From assembly GCA_963665115.1 (NCBI GenBank), contig OY762007.1, forward strand, positions 3,840,001 to 3,904,000: a stretch of 64,000 nucleotides of DNA, in the 5' to 3' direction. This document shows positions 52,060-62,500 of the stretch, piece by piece. Source of the DNA: an uncultured Rivularia sp. (GTDB lineage Bacteria; Cyanobacteriota; Cyanobacteriia; Cyanobacteriales; Nostocaceae). The stretch's first letter is position 1, and each line of letters starts with the position of its first letter. The notes under the pieces are model-generated. The model searched no databases and was not told where the DNA came from. It was given only the letters and a program-made list of their open reading frames with translations. Made by a program: the position numbers and the translations under genes.

Positions 52060-54033
52060 TTAAAACTCTCCCACATTAAAACATCGCTGTTTATCTAATT
52101 CGCTGAGTCGTTGTTTTTCAGCCATAAAAGCTTGAAAATAGGATTGCCATTGTTTCGGTTGAGTTTCCGAATCTGTTCTTTCCCAAAGTTCGCGAAAATG
52201 ACGGTAGCGCTTTTCTCGTAATACTCTTTCCATGCCCAAAGTTGCTCTTAAAATAACTTGAGGAGTACGAATTATCTGCTTTTGGGCTGTTTCGTTTAAA
52301 TGGAATAAATGCGATATCATTTCCATTTGTTCGGGAAATTCTAAATATCTATCTTGCAAAGTAGAAATTAATTCTGCTGATGAATTATTATCTGAAATAT
52401 CTATAATTTGCTGCCACAAAAATCTGTGGTGGGATAAGCTAAACTGCAAATCTCTTTCTTCTAAGGTATCGCCGATAGATTTACGAAATTCTGGGGAGTG
52501 TAAATAAATTAATAGTAACAAACTTTCTGCTTCTTCTAACAGGCTGTGTTCTGTTTTTCCAATTGGATTAACTACATTAACCGAACTATCTTCTTGATGA
52601 TTATCATAGCTGTTTGAAGATGCTGAATGATAATTCCTTTTATAGCTTTTCTTTTGATAATTACCTCCCCACTGTTTATTAGTTGAGGGAGCAATTTGAG
52701 TTAATAGATTTTCCGCTCGTAACGGAGCAAGTGTAGTATCCCCTAAACTTAATATTTCCGCACAGCGAGAAACGTAATAACTTCTTGTATCGGTATTAGC
52801 TATATTTTTTAATAACTTAACCATTTCCTGACAGACTTTTTGAAAATCTGTCGCTTGCTTCAAATCAGCATCTTTAGTAATTTGTTCTATTTGCCAATCC
52901 AACCATAAAGGCGCATTTGCTAATAATTGCTGATAATCTTCTGAAGTATTTTTAAATAAATATTCATCAGCATCTTTACCATCAGGAATATTTAAAATTT
53001 TAAGCTGAACTTCACCTTTATAAGCCAAATCCGCCACTTCACCAATTGCTCTTTCTGCGGCGATAGTTCCAGCTTTATCGGCATCAAAATTGAGAATTAA
53101 CTGTTTAGAATCGCTGTAACGCATCGCCAAACGTACTTGTTCAATACCTAAAGCAGTGCCCAAAGAAGCCACAACATTTTTAATTCCTACAGCATGGAGA
53201 GCGATAACATCAAAATATCCCTCCACCACTACAGCTTGGTCAAATTGAGAAATACCATCTTTCGCTTTATCCAATCCGAATAAAGTTTTACCTTTGCTAA
53301 AAACTTCTGTTTCCGGTGAATTTAAATATTTAGGTTTATCTTCCCCTAAAGTTCTACCGCCGAAACCAATTACTTTTCCTGCAATATCGTGAATAGGAAT
53401 CATTAAACGGTTGCGAAAAGCATCATAATAACCCCTACCTTCAGAGCGAGATTTTATTAAACCAGCCTTTTCTAATAACTGTACCGGATAACCTTTATCT
53501 CCCACCAAATAACTATACAAAATATCCCAACCAACCGGAGCATAACCTAATTGAAACTCTTTAATAGTTTCATCCTTTAACTTACGCTGTTGCTGAAGAT
53601 ATAGTAGCGCAGCTTCTCCATTTGATTGCCATAAAGCGTGTTGATAAAAACGCGAAGCCACTTCAAGTATTTCGTATACTTGATTGCGTTCCGATATTTT
53701 GCGCTGTAATTCCTGTCGCTGCTCCGGCTCTAAAGTTTGTACGGGTACCTGATAACGTCGTGCTAAATCCAATACAACTTCAGCAAAAGAACGCTTATCC
53801 AACTCCATAATGAACTTAAACGCATTTCCCCCAGCCTGACAGCCAAAACAGTAATACATCTGCTTGCTAGGGCTGACACTGAAACTAGGAGTTTTTTCAT
53901 TATGGAAAGGACATAACCCCAAAAAATCCTTACCACGCTTGCGTAAAACAACTCGTTCCGAAATCACATCAACAATATCGGCTCGTTGTTTCACTTCATC
54001 AATCGTATCTTGGTGCAAGCGAGGGATTTGCAT
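52060..54033 (-). CDS. dnaG: DNA primase
   Basis: CPFH...CFGC zinc finger, PKYLNSPET, VVEGYFDV, FDADKAG and KDADE. Confidence 0.97.
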   Translation of the reverse strand: MQIPRLHQDTIDEVKQRADIVDVISERVVLRKRGKDFLGLCPFHNEKTPSFSVSPSKQMYYCFGCQAGGNAFKFIMELDKRSFAEVVLDLARRYQVPVQTLEPEQRQELQRKISERNQVYEILEVASRFYQHALWQSNGEAALLYLQQQRKLKDETIKEFQLGYAPVGWDILYSYLVGDKGYPVQLLEKAGLIKSRSEGRGYYDAFRNRLMIPIHDIAGKVIGFGGRTLGEDKPKYLNSPETEVFSKGKTLFGLDKAKDGISQFDQAVVVEGYFDVIALHAVGIKNVVASLGTALGIEQVRLAMRYSDSKQLILNFDADKAGTIAAERAIGEVADLAYKGEVQLKILNIPDGKDADEYLFKNTSEDYQQLLANAPLWLDWQIEQITKDADLKQATDFQKVCQEMVKLLKNIANTDTRSYYVSRCAEILSLGDTTLAPLRAENLLTQIAPSTNKQWGGNYQKKSYKRNYHSASSNSYDNHQEDSSVNVVNPIGKTEHSLLEEAESLLLLIYLHSPEFRKSIGDTLEERDLQFSLSHHRFLWQQIIDISDNNSSAELISTLQDRYLEFPEQMEMISHLFHLNETAQKQIIRTPQVILRATLGMERVLREKRYRHFRELWERTDSETQPKQWQSYFQAFMAEKQRLSELDKQRCFNVGEF

Positions 54034-54039
54034 AACTAG

Positions 54040-54172
54040 TAGTTAGTTGTTAGTGGTTAGTTGTTAGTGGTTAGTGGTTAATAGTTAGGAGTTAAGAGTT
54101 AAGAGTTAGGAGTTAATAATTACCAATGCCCAATGCCCAATGCCCAATGCCCTATGCCCCATCCCCAATTCC
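54040..54172. repeat. STRR tract (TAGTGGT / GAGTTAA / CCCAATG units)
   Basis: Tandem heptamers. Similar tracts lie at 34832, 38020, 39153, 41703, 43371, 44938 and 48863. Confidence 0.85.
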
Positions 54173-54278
54173 TATATCTAACAATTTCGTTTGGATAAAT
54201 ATTATATGCTTGTCGCCAGCACCGAAAATGTTGTAAACAATCTTTTACGATAACTTTTATTCAGAGGAAATACTTATA

Positions 54279-55659
54279 ATGGGACGTATTTTTATTTCGG
54301 CGGGGCACGGAGGTAAAGAAGCTGGTGGTATCGATCCGGGTTTCTATTGCTGGGGGCACGACTGAAGCTAAGGAAATGATTTTCCTCCGGGATTTAATTT
54401 TAACGGAATTAAGGGCGCGTGGGTTTGAAGTTCTTTCGGTTCCCGATTCTTTGAGTGCTAGAGCAAGCATTCAATGGATAAATTCCCGCGCTCGTCGTAA
54501 TGATGTGGCTGTGGAAATTCATGCGGATTCTGCTGCTAGCCCTGCGGTAAACGGCGCTAGCGTCTACTATATTGCCAATAACGAAGTACGTAAGGGCAAT
54601 GCCGAAATGCTGTTGATGGGGCTTTTACGTCGAGTACCGCAAATAAATAGTCGGGGGGTGAAGCCGGATACATCAACTGGTATGGGACGATTAATGTTTA
54701 CCCGCGAAGTGGCGATCGCCTCTCTGTTAATGCAGGTAATTTTCTTGAGCAGCCCCGAAGATCGTAATTTATTACAAAACCGTCGTCGAGAATTTGCCGT
54801 GGGAATCGCCGATGGAATTACAGCTTGGGCGCGGGCAATCGATCCAAGTTCACCTAGCCCCAGCCCCAGCCCTACTCCTACTCCCGCACCCCAACCAGTT
54901 TATCCCTCAGTAAATATTAAAATTAACGGGCAAACTTATCCAGAGCAAGGAATAGTAGTTAACGGTAATGCTTATATCCCCATTGATTTAGTAGACAGAT
55001 TAAGAATTGATTTATCAAAAGACAAGAATGTGCGTCGTATTAGCTACCGCAGAGTAGTTTATGTCAAAGCGATAGAATTGCGAGAATTTAATGTATCAAT
55101 CGGTTGGGATGCTGCAACTCGTACCGTAGTTTTACGCTCAAATTTAGTAATTTGTCCCGGTCAAATTACTCAAATAATGTCTCGTGGTACAACTTCTGAA
55201 GTACAGTTACAAATATTTTTAAGAGATAACAATCAAGATGCTTTAGTTAAGTTTCCCGATATACCAAAACTATATCGAGAAGAAGCAGCAATTGAAGGAG
55301 TGAATCACGATATTGCTTTTTGTCAGATGTGTTTAGAAACCGGATTTTTACGTTTTGGTGATGATATTGCACCGCAACAAAACAACTTTGCAGGATTAGC
55401 AACTATCGGTGGGGGAAATGAAATTGCAACATTTCCTAGCGCTAGAATTGGAGTTCGCGCTCATATTCAACATTTAAAAGCTTATGCGAGTTTAGAACCT
55501 TTAGCTCAGGAAACTGTAGATCCAAGATTCCGGTTTGTGACGCGGGGAATAGCGCCATTGGTGACAGATTTATCGGGGAGATGGGAGGCAGATTTGCAGT
55601 ATGGGGATAAGATTGTCGCTTTGGTGAAGCGGTTGTATGAGTCTGCGGGGTTGTTGTGA
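54279..55659 (+). CDS. tftA: Amidase_3 plus glucosaminidase-like cell-wall protein, TftA-like (apparent +1 indel at 54338..54343)
   Basis: MGRIFISAGHGG...IDPG from ATG 54279 joins SIAGGTTEAKEM after removing one base. Also VEIHAD, a PS/PT linker and AFCQMCLETG...NNFAGL...HIQHLKAYA. Confidence 0.75.
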
Positions 55660-55671
55660 GGCAGTTTTAAT

Positions 55672-55738
55672 CTAGTACAGTACGGCGTAAATAAAGCACC
55701 CATTTAAAAAGTTTGAAAGCCTTATCACATAATACTAG
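55672..55738. mobile_element. Truncated copy of the 535..645 element
   Basis: Near-identical to 535..598 and ends at a CTAG. Confidence 0.75.
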
Positions 55739-55765
55739 CAAGATAGATAAATATTGGAGAGCAGA

Positions 55766-55963
55766 ATGAAGATTACATATGACCAAGAAGTGGATATTTT
55801 GAGAATTATATTTAGCGATACACAAATAGAAGAAAGTGATGAAGAAAAGCCAGGAATTATATTTGATTATGACGAAAATGGAAATATTGTGGGATTAGAG
55901 ATATTAGATGCTTCTAAACAGGTGGAAAATCCACGCTCTGTTGAATATTGCATTCCTAATTGA
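55766..55963 (+). CDS. DUF2283-family small protein (putative antitoxin)
   Basis: MKITYDQEVDILRI...GIIFDYDENGNIVGLEILDASK pattern, with a GGAG RBS. Confidence 0.85.
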   Translation: MKITYDQEVDILRIIFSDTQIEESDEEKPGIIFDYDENGNIVGLEILDASKQVENPRSVEYCIPN

Positions 55964-55967
55964 GTCA

Positions 55968-56173
55968 GTAGGTTGGGTTAGACACGAAAACAAATTTTGT
56001 CAGTAAAAAAATCATTTTCATCGTGTCGTAACCCAACCGGAATGTATGTAGGGAAACGATATTTGCTGGATTTAAGATATTGCGATATACCGATAATAAA
56101 TGTTGGATTACGGTACAATAAGCGCTTTACTCATTTAAATTATTATCTTCAAAGTGCCGTGAAGCCAACCTAC
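55968..56173. repeat. Inverted pair of GTAG REP-like elements
   Basis: GTAGGTTGGGTTAGACACGA...TCGTGTCGTAACCCAAC and GTTGGATTACGG...CCGTGAAGCCAACCTAC. Confidence 0.7.
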
Positions 56174-56303
56174 CAATTCTCTTTACTTCTTTTTTCTGCG
56201 CTCTCAGCGTCTAGTAAGGTTTTTCAAATCCATAATCTTCAAGTAAAACGGGTACGTGAGGAAAAACGTCCATAACGCACCCTAAAAAGGAATAAATTCC
56301 TTA

Positions 56304-58484
56304 CTACAAACCTATATTTTCTACTCCCAATGTCTTAACCAAAAATGCCCACTTATCCGCAACCTCTTCAATAATTTTTGCAGTAGGTTTCCCTGCTCCA
56401 TGTCCAGCTTTTGTTTCAATTCTTATTAATACTGGTGCATCACCATCATGGGCTGCTTGCAATGCTGCGGCAAATTTGAAGCTATGTGCGGGTACTACTC
56501 TATCGTCATGATCTGCTGTGGTAATTAAAGTTGCTGGATAAGCTGTACCTGGTTTCAAGTTATGCAGTGGTGAATAAGCATAAAGGGTTTTGAATTCTTC
56601 GGGTTTTTCCGAGGAACCGAATTCGGGAACCCATGCCCAGCCGATGGTAAATTTATGGAAGCGCAACATATCTAAAACCCCTACTGCTGGTAGGGCTGCA
56701 CCGAATAAATCTGGACGCTGTGTCATGCAGGCACCAACTAACAATCCGCCATTACTACCTCCGGCGATCGCCAATTTCTCGGATTTGGTATAACCGTTAT
56801 CTATCAACCATTCTGCCGCACTGATAAAGTCATCAAAGACGTTTTGTTTTTTGTCTTTCATTCCGGCTTGATGCCATTCTTCGCCGTATTCACCACCACC
56901 ACGTATATTCGCGACTACATAAACTCCACCCATTTCCATCCATATCAAGCTGCTAACTGAGAAGCTCGGCGTTAGGGAGACGTTAAAACCACCGTAACCG
57001 TAAAGGTATGTGGGGTTATTTCCATCTAATTTAATTCCCTTTTTATGGACGATAAACATCGGTACTTGAGTACCGTCTTTGCTTTTGTAAAAAATCTGTT
57101 TTGTTTCGTAATTATCGGCATTAAAATCTACTTTTGGTTCTCGAAAAACTGTACTTTTACCTGTCACCATATCGTAACGATAGATAGTTCCGGGTGTGGT
57201 ATAGCTAGTAAATATATAAAAAGTTTCGGTGTCGGTTTTTTTGCCATCAAAACCACCTACGGAACCAATACCTGGTAATTCAACTTCTCGGACAAAATTA
57301 CCATTAGTTTCAAAAATTTTAATTTGACTGCGAGCATCTTTAAGATATTCGGCAACAAATTGATTGTTAAGAGTGCCAACACTTTCTAATGTTTCTTCAA
57401 ATTGAGGAATTATTTCTTGCCAATTTTTAGACTCTGGTTTTTTAATATCAATGGCGATAACTCTGCCTCGTGGTGCATTTAAATCTGTCTGAAAATAAAG
57501 AATATTTTCATCGTTATCAATTAAACTGTAAGCTGATTCAAATTCACTTATCAATTCAACAACTTCACTTGATGGATTAGTTAAATCCTTGTAAAACACT
57601 AAGTTTTTAGAATCAGTTCCCAACCAAACTGAAATAATTAAATATTTTCCATCTTCGGTAACGCCGCCATTAAATCCCCATTCTTTCTCGTCAGAGCGTT
57701 CGTAAATTAAAGTGTCTTCCGATTGAGGTTGACCTAATTGGTGATAATAAAGCTTTTGATAGTAATTAACGTCTTCTAATTTAGTTTCTTCGTTTGGTTG
57801 ATCGTAGCGACTGTAGAAAAATCCTTTGCTATCATCTGTCCAAGAAGCGCCGGAAAATTTAATCCACTTCAAATTGTCTTCTAAATCTTCACCTGTTTCA
57901 ATATTTCTTACCTTCCATTCTTGCCAATCAGAACCAGCAATTGATATACCATAAGCTAAATATTTACCATCATCGCTGACAGATATACCTGAAAGTGCAA
58001 CGGTACCATCTTCAGAAAGTTTATTTGGGTTTAGTAAAACTGTTGGTTTATCGTCGAGATTTTTCAGAGTATATAAGACGCTTTGATTTTGTAAACCATC
58101 ATTCTTAAAATAAAAATAGCGATCGCCCTCTTGATAAGGAACGCCATATTTTTCATAATCCCATAGTTTAGTTAACCTTTTCTTAATATCATCTCTTGCC
58201 GGGATTTGCTCCAGATAATTAAAAGTAACTTTATTTTGTGCTTTTACCCAAGCCTCAGTTTCCTCTGAATCGGGATTTTCCAACCAACGATAAGGATCTG
58301 CTACTTTGGTACCGTGGTAATTATCAACTTGTTCGCCTTTACGAGTTGCTGGATAGTTAATTTTTTCAGTACTCATGTGTTTTTGGGAAGAAGGTACATT
58401 TACATGGTACAAAAATGTACAAACAAGAACAGTTGTCAAGAAAATAACTAAAAATTTAGGTAGAGGCTTAAACACTTTGTCCAT
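56304..58484 (-). CDS. Prolyl oligopeptidase (S9A)
   Basis: VADPYRWLE, GGSNGGLL, DHDDRVVP and AGHGAGKP. Alternative ATG at MSTEK. Confidence 0.95.
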   Translation of the reverse strand: MDKVFKPLPKFLVIFLTTVLVCTFLYHVNVPSSQKHMSTEKINYPATRKGEQVDNYHGTKVADPYRWLENPDSEETEAWVKAQNKVTFNYLEQIPARDDIKKRLTKLWDYEKYGVPYQEGDRYFYFKNDGLQNQSVLYTLKNLDDKPTVLLNPNKLSEDGTVALSGISVSDDGKYLAYGISIAGSDWQEWKVRNIETGEDLEDNLKWIKFSGASWTDDSKGFFYSRYDQPNEETKLEDVNYYQKLYYHQLGQPQSEDTLIYERSDEKEWGFNGGVTEDGKYLIISVWLGTDSKNLVFYKDLTNPSSEVVELISEFESAYSLIDNDENILYFQTDLNAPRGRVIAIDIKKPESKNWQEIIPQFEETLESVGTLNNQFVAEYLKDARSQIKIFETNGNFVREVELPGIGSVGGFDGKKTDTETFYIFTSYTTPGTIYRYDMVTGKSTVFREPKVDFNADNYETKQIFYKSKDGTQVPMFIVHKKGIKLDGNNPTYLYGYGGFNVSLTPSFSVSSLIWMEMGGVYVVANIRGGGEYGEEWHQAGMKDKKQNVFDDFISAAEWLIDNGYTKSEKLAIAGGSNGGLLVGACMTQRPDLFGAALPAVGVLDMLRFHKFTIGWAWVPEFGSSEKPEEFKTLYAYSPLHNLKPGTAYPATLITTADHDDRVVPAHSFKFAAALQAAHDGDAPVLIRIETKAGHGAGKPTAKIIEEVADKWAFLVKTLGVENIGL

Positions 58485-58697
58485 TCAGAAGTTGCGTTGA
58501 GTATCAAGCACGCGCATAAGGTACGTTAAGGTTCATAACGTTTCTCAATGATATACATAAGAGTCTATTTTGGACTATTTTCGTTGTATTTTGCACAAAT
58601 ATCAATAATTAGTGTTGTGAGATAGAGAAGTTAAATATTTGGGTACTTTAAAACTACGTAGAGTCTTGTATTTTCGTTGATTGAGGAGAGGTTGATT

Positions 58698-59261
58698 ATG
58701 TTCGATTGGTTTGATGAATTCAAAGCCAGTGTTGAAGCAGGAATCAAGTCAGGTATTGAATCGAGCGTTTTGGGTTTAGCCCAATCATTCATGAATGGAC
58801 TTGAAGAATTTTTCAAAGTTCCAGAACCGGATGGACCGTTTCAATCGATTCGTACTGTCCACCCTTCAATGACTCAAACAATTTCTATAGATAGTATCAC
58901 GATTGAAGAAGATAGTTGGAAACTAGAATCTTACGGTGAAAAGAAAGTCCTGCTATTTGAGATTGCCGAACCCGACGTACCCGAATGCTTGCTGCTTTGT
59001 CAGGCTCAGGTTAAGACAGCGCATTTGTGTAAACCAGCCAAACTGACTTTAAGTGGTCGTAATTCTGCTGGATGGACTTCCAATCAATATGCATCGGCTG
59101 AGGGGACAACTGTTTGGCATCTTTGCAAAGTACCATTTCATTACAAGAAAGAAGGATTTTCTGAATCGCTTACCGTCAGCGTAGAATTCCAAAGCGGAGG
59201 AGTGTTTTGGCTCAAAGATATCGAAATTTTACAAGCTCCGGTGAAAACAGCTTCTAACTGA
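58698..59261 (+). CDS. Hypothetical protein with a possible beta-sandwich C-terminal domain
   Basis: Strong RBS GAGGAGAGG and a clean ORF ending GGVFWLKDIEILQAP. Confidence 0.7.
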   Translation: MFDWFDEFKASVEAGIKSGIESSVLGLAQSFMNGLEEFFKVPEPDGPFQSIRTVHPSMTQTISIDSITIEEDSWKLESYGEKKVLLFEIAEPDVPECLLLCQAQVKTAHLCKPAKLTLSGRNSAGWTSNQYASAEGTTVWHLCKVPFHYKKEGFSESLTVSVEFQSGGVFWLKDIEILQAPVKTASN

Positions 59262-59308
59262 ATTCTTTTTGCGGAACGGAGAACAGGTATTTCTCGTTAC
59301 ATGAAATT

Positions 59309-59548
59309 AACCTCACCCCCTTGCCCTCTCCTTGGTAAGGCTACGGTGTACACAGAAGTCGTGTCTGTCTTCGTTTCAGCCTATGATTGCCCCCTAAATC
59401 CCCCAATTATGGGGGACGGCGGAAAATTCTTGTCCCCCATAATTGGGGGCTAGGGGGCGGCTTCGTGAGGCTTGGCTAAATTTGATCGCTTGTGTGTACA
59501 CGATAGCCTTGGTAAGCAGAGGGGTGTCCGTTAAGACGGAGTGAGGTT
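59309..59548. mobile_element. Nested miniature elements: a 170-bp MITE (59339..59508) inside a hairpin repeat
   Basis: TIRs GGCTACGGTGTACACA / TGTGTACACGATAGCC with TTGGTAA duplicated on both sides. The outer element is AACCTCAC...GTGAGGTT. Confidence 0.8.
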
Positions 59549-59555
59549 TTCCTTC

Positions 59556-62500
59556 CTAAGCTCCAGCACTAGCAACTAATTTCTCGCCTTTTAACATCCT
59601 TACGGCAGCTTCCAGTAAAGCTTCTTCTAAATACGGCTTGGTAAAGTACCCGCTTGCACCTAATTGAATTGCCATTTGTCTGTGTTTATCGGCACCACGG
59701 GAAGTCAACATGGCTATCGGTAAGTCGTTTAAGTCGGGGTTTTTCTGGATGCGCGATAGCAATTCTAAACCGTCGCAACGGGGCATTTCGATGTCACAAA
59801 ATACGATGTCGCAAGGTAAACCGGAACGCAATTTATCCCAGGCTTCTTGTCCGTCGCGGGCTTGTTCTACGCGATAACCTGCTTTACTAAAGGTGAGGGA
59901 AAGCAATTCGCGGACTGTGATTGAGTCATCAACAATGAGTACTGTAGGATCAATTTTTGCTTCGGCAGGTTCTGCGGGTGTAAGTGTATCTTTTTGATCC
60001 CAGAGACTAACGCTGCTTTGTCTGGATGTACGTCCCTCGAAGATGTCAATTAATTCTAATACGTCAACAATCGGCATGATTCGACCATCACCAAGCACTG
60101 TAGCACCTGCTACACCTATGGGCTTGGGTGCGGGGCCTTCAAATTGTTTAATTACGATTTCTTGTTCGCTGAGTACTTGGTCAATTTGTAAGGCAATCAT
60201 AGTATTTGCCGAACGCACTATAATTACCGAAACCATATCGTCATCTCTGTTACCGGCATAAACATTACCGCGACTCAGCAAACGGTTAAAGGTTAATAAC
60301 TCGGAGAGAGGGCGGAAAGGTAGTTTTGTATCGCGCCAGAATATATATTTTTGACCATTTTTATCTTCCTGGATTTCTTTAAGGGGCATATCCAGAGTAT
60401 CTTCCACACCATCCATAGCAAAGGCAATTCTGGCTTTATCCGATACGCAAGATAATGCTTTACAAATACTCAACGTCAGCGGTAAGCGGATAGTAAATGT
60501 AGTTCCCTTACCCAAAGCAGAATCCGTAGTAATCGTTCCTCGGATTTCACTGATAGAAGTTTGAACTACGTCCATTCCGACACCGCGTCCAGCTAGTTGA
60601 TCGGCTTGATCTTTAGTACTAAAACCGGAATGGAATAACAGTTCGTAGACTTCCATTCGAGACATTATGTTTGCTTCTTCCTGCGTAATTAAGCCAACCT
60701 TGACTGCCTTATTTTTAACTTTCTGGGCATCAATACCAGCACCGTCATCGCTCACAGAAATAATAGTTTGATTACCTTGGTGGAAAGCCCGAATTTTAAT
60801 AGTTCCTTGGGGAGGTTTACTCCTTGATTCTCTTTCTTCGGGAGTTTCAATACCGTGAGCGATCGCATTATTAAGTATATGAGTCAATGGATCGGTTAAG
60901 TGTTGAAGAATCATTTTATCGATTAAAGTATCTTGCCCTTCAATAAATAACTGCACTTGCTTACCGCACTTAATCGAATTATCCCGCACTCCTCGCTCCA
61001 AACGAGTCGTTACCTGAGAAAACGCTTCCATTCGCGATCGCGTTATTCCTTCTTGCAGTTGTGAAGTTACTTGACGGAATTGACGCGCAACTCGTTCATT
61101 GTCTTCAACAACAAAGTCAATATCACTCGCTGATTCTCTTACCCTTACAATCAATTCAATCATTTCTTGGGACAGAGTATGGAAAGGGGTAAATCTATCC
61201 ATTTCTAATTCGCTGAAACCCATGTCAGAAATGGAATTAGAGCTTGAGCTTGAACTAGAAAAGTGAAATCCGCTATCTTTACGACTGGCTAACAAAGATG
61301 CTTCCAATAAGGAACGCTCGTAAAGCTCCTGCATTCTGGCACCTACATCGGAAAGATTTTGTACTTGATGAAGCAGGTTATCAAGGGATTGTCGCATCCG
61401 TTCTTGATCTTGTTCCAAGGTGTTACGATTTACCACCAATTCCCCAACCAAGTTACTCAAATTATCCAGATGCTTGACTGGAACCCGCATCAACTGTTCG
61501 CCTTTGGCACTACGAGTTGTTTTGGGAGAAGTTGCTTTCGATGTATTTTTACGAGGTATTGATGTATTAGCTTGCTCTAGTAGTTTTTCTAAATCGCCGA
61601 ATTCATCACCTATACTTGGCTCAGCTTCAGCATTTTCTGTAGCGGGTGCATCGCTTGCTGCTTCTTGAGGGCTATCGGAAATGAGTAAATCTTCTAAAGC
61701 TGCAAATTCGTCATCTACTTGTGCGGGAAGTTGTTCTCCTAATAAAGATTCCAACTGAGAAAAATCATCTAAAATGTCTTCAGATTCTTGCTGAAATTCG
61801 TTTTCAGCCGCTGCGATATTTTCTTCTGAAACCTGTTCTTTGGCTTGATAAACAAAAGGTAAAAATGTTATTTCTTTTTCTTTTGATGTTGCTTGTAAAC
61901 TAATTTCTTCATCCAAAGGAATATCTTGAGCAAACAAATCATCAACTAATTGCGCTTGGAAATTAGACGTTATATCTTCTAAATCTTCTTGTAGATTGCT
62001 AATATTTGCGCTTTCTTGTTCTGCTTCTGAGTCAAATTCTAGGGGTTGAGAAGAATCAGTAGAATCTATATCTAAACTTTCTTCTGCAAAAGGATTATCT
62101 GATATTTCAAGTTCGGAATCTTCTGTAGTTAATTCGGGTAAATTATCCGCTTCAGGATAAATTGCAAATAAATCTTCTTCTTCGGATACTTGCTGTGAGT
62201 CTTCTGTTGTTAATTCGGGTAAATCATCCGCTTCAGGATAAATTGCAAATAAATCTTCTTCGGATGCTTGCTGTGAATCTTCTGTTGTTAATTCGGGTAA
62301 ATCATCCGCTTCAGGATAAATTGCAAATAAATCTTCTTCGGATGCTTGCTGTGAGTCTTCTGTTGTTAATTCGGGTAAATCATCCGCTTCAGGATAAATT
62401 GCAAATAAATCTTCTTCGGATGCTTGCTGTGAATCTTCTGTTGTTAATTCGGGTAAATCATCCGCTTCAGGATAAATTGCAAATAAATCTTCTTCGGATG

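Noticed and set aside
41812..54343. Calling malQ, queA and the amidase pseudogenes
   Set aside because: Each has a single homopolymer indel and otherwise intact motifs.
55997..56275. 92-aa ORF after DUF2283
   Set aside because: It overlaps REP-like repeats, starts with TTG and has no recognisable protein features.
73..61042. Frequent GCGATCGC palindromes
   Set aside because: This is HIP1, a well-known cyanobacterial feature. It was used only as a taxonomic clue.
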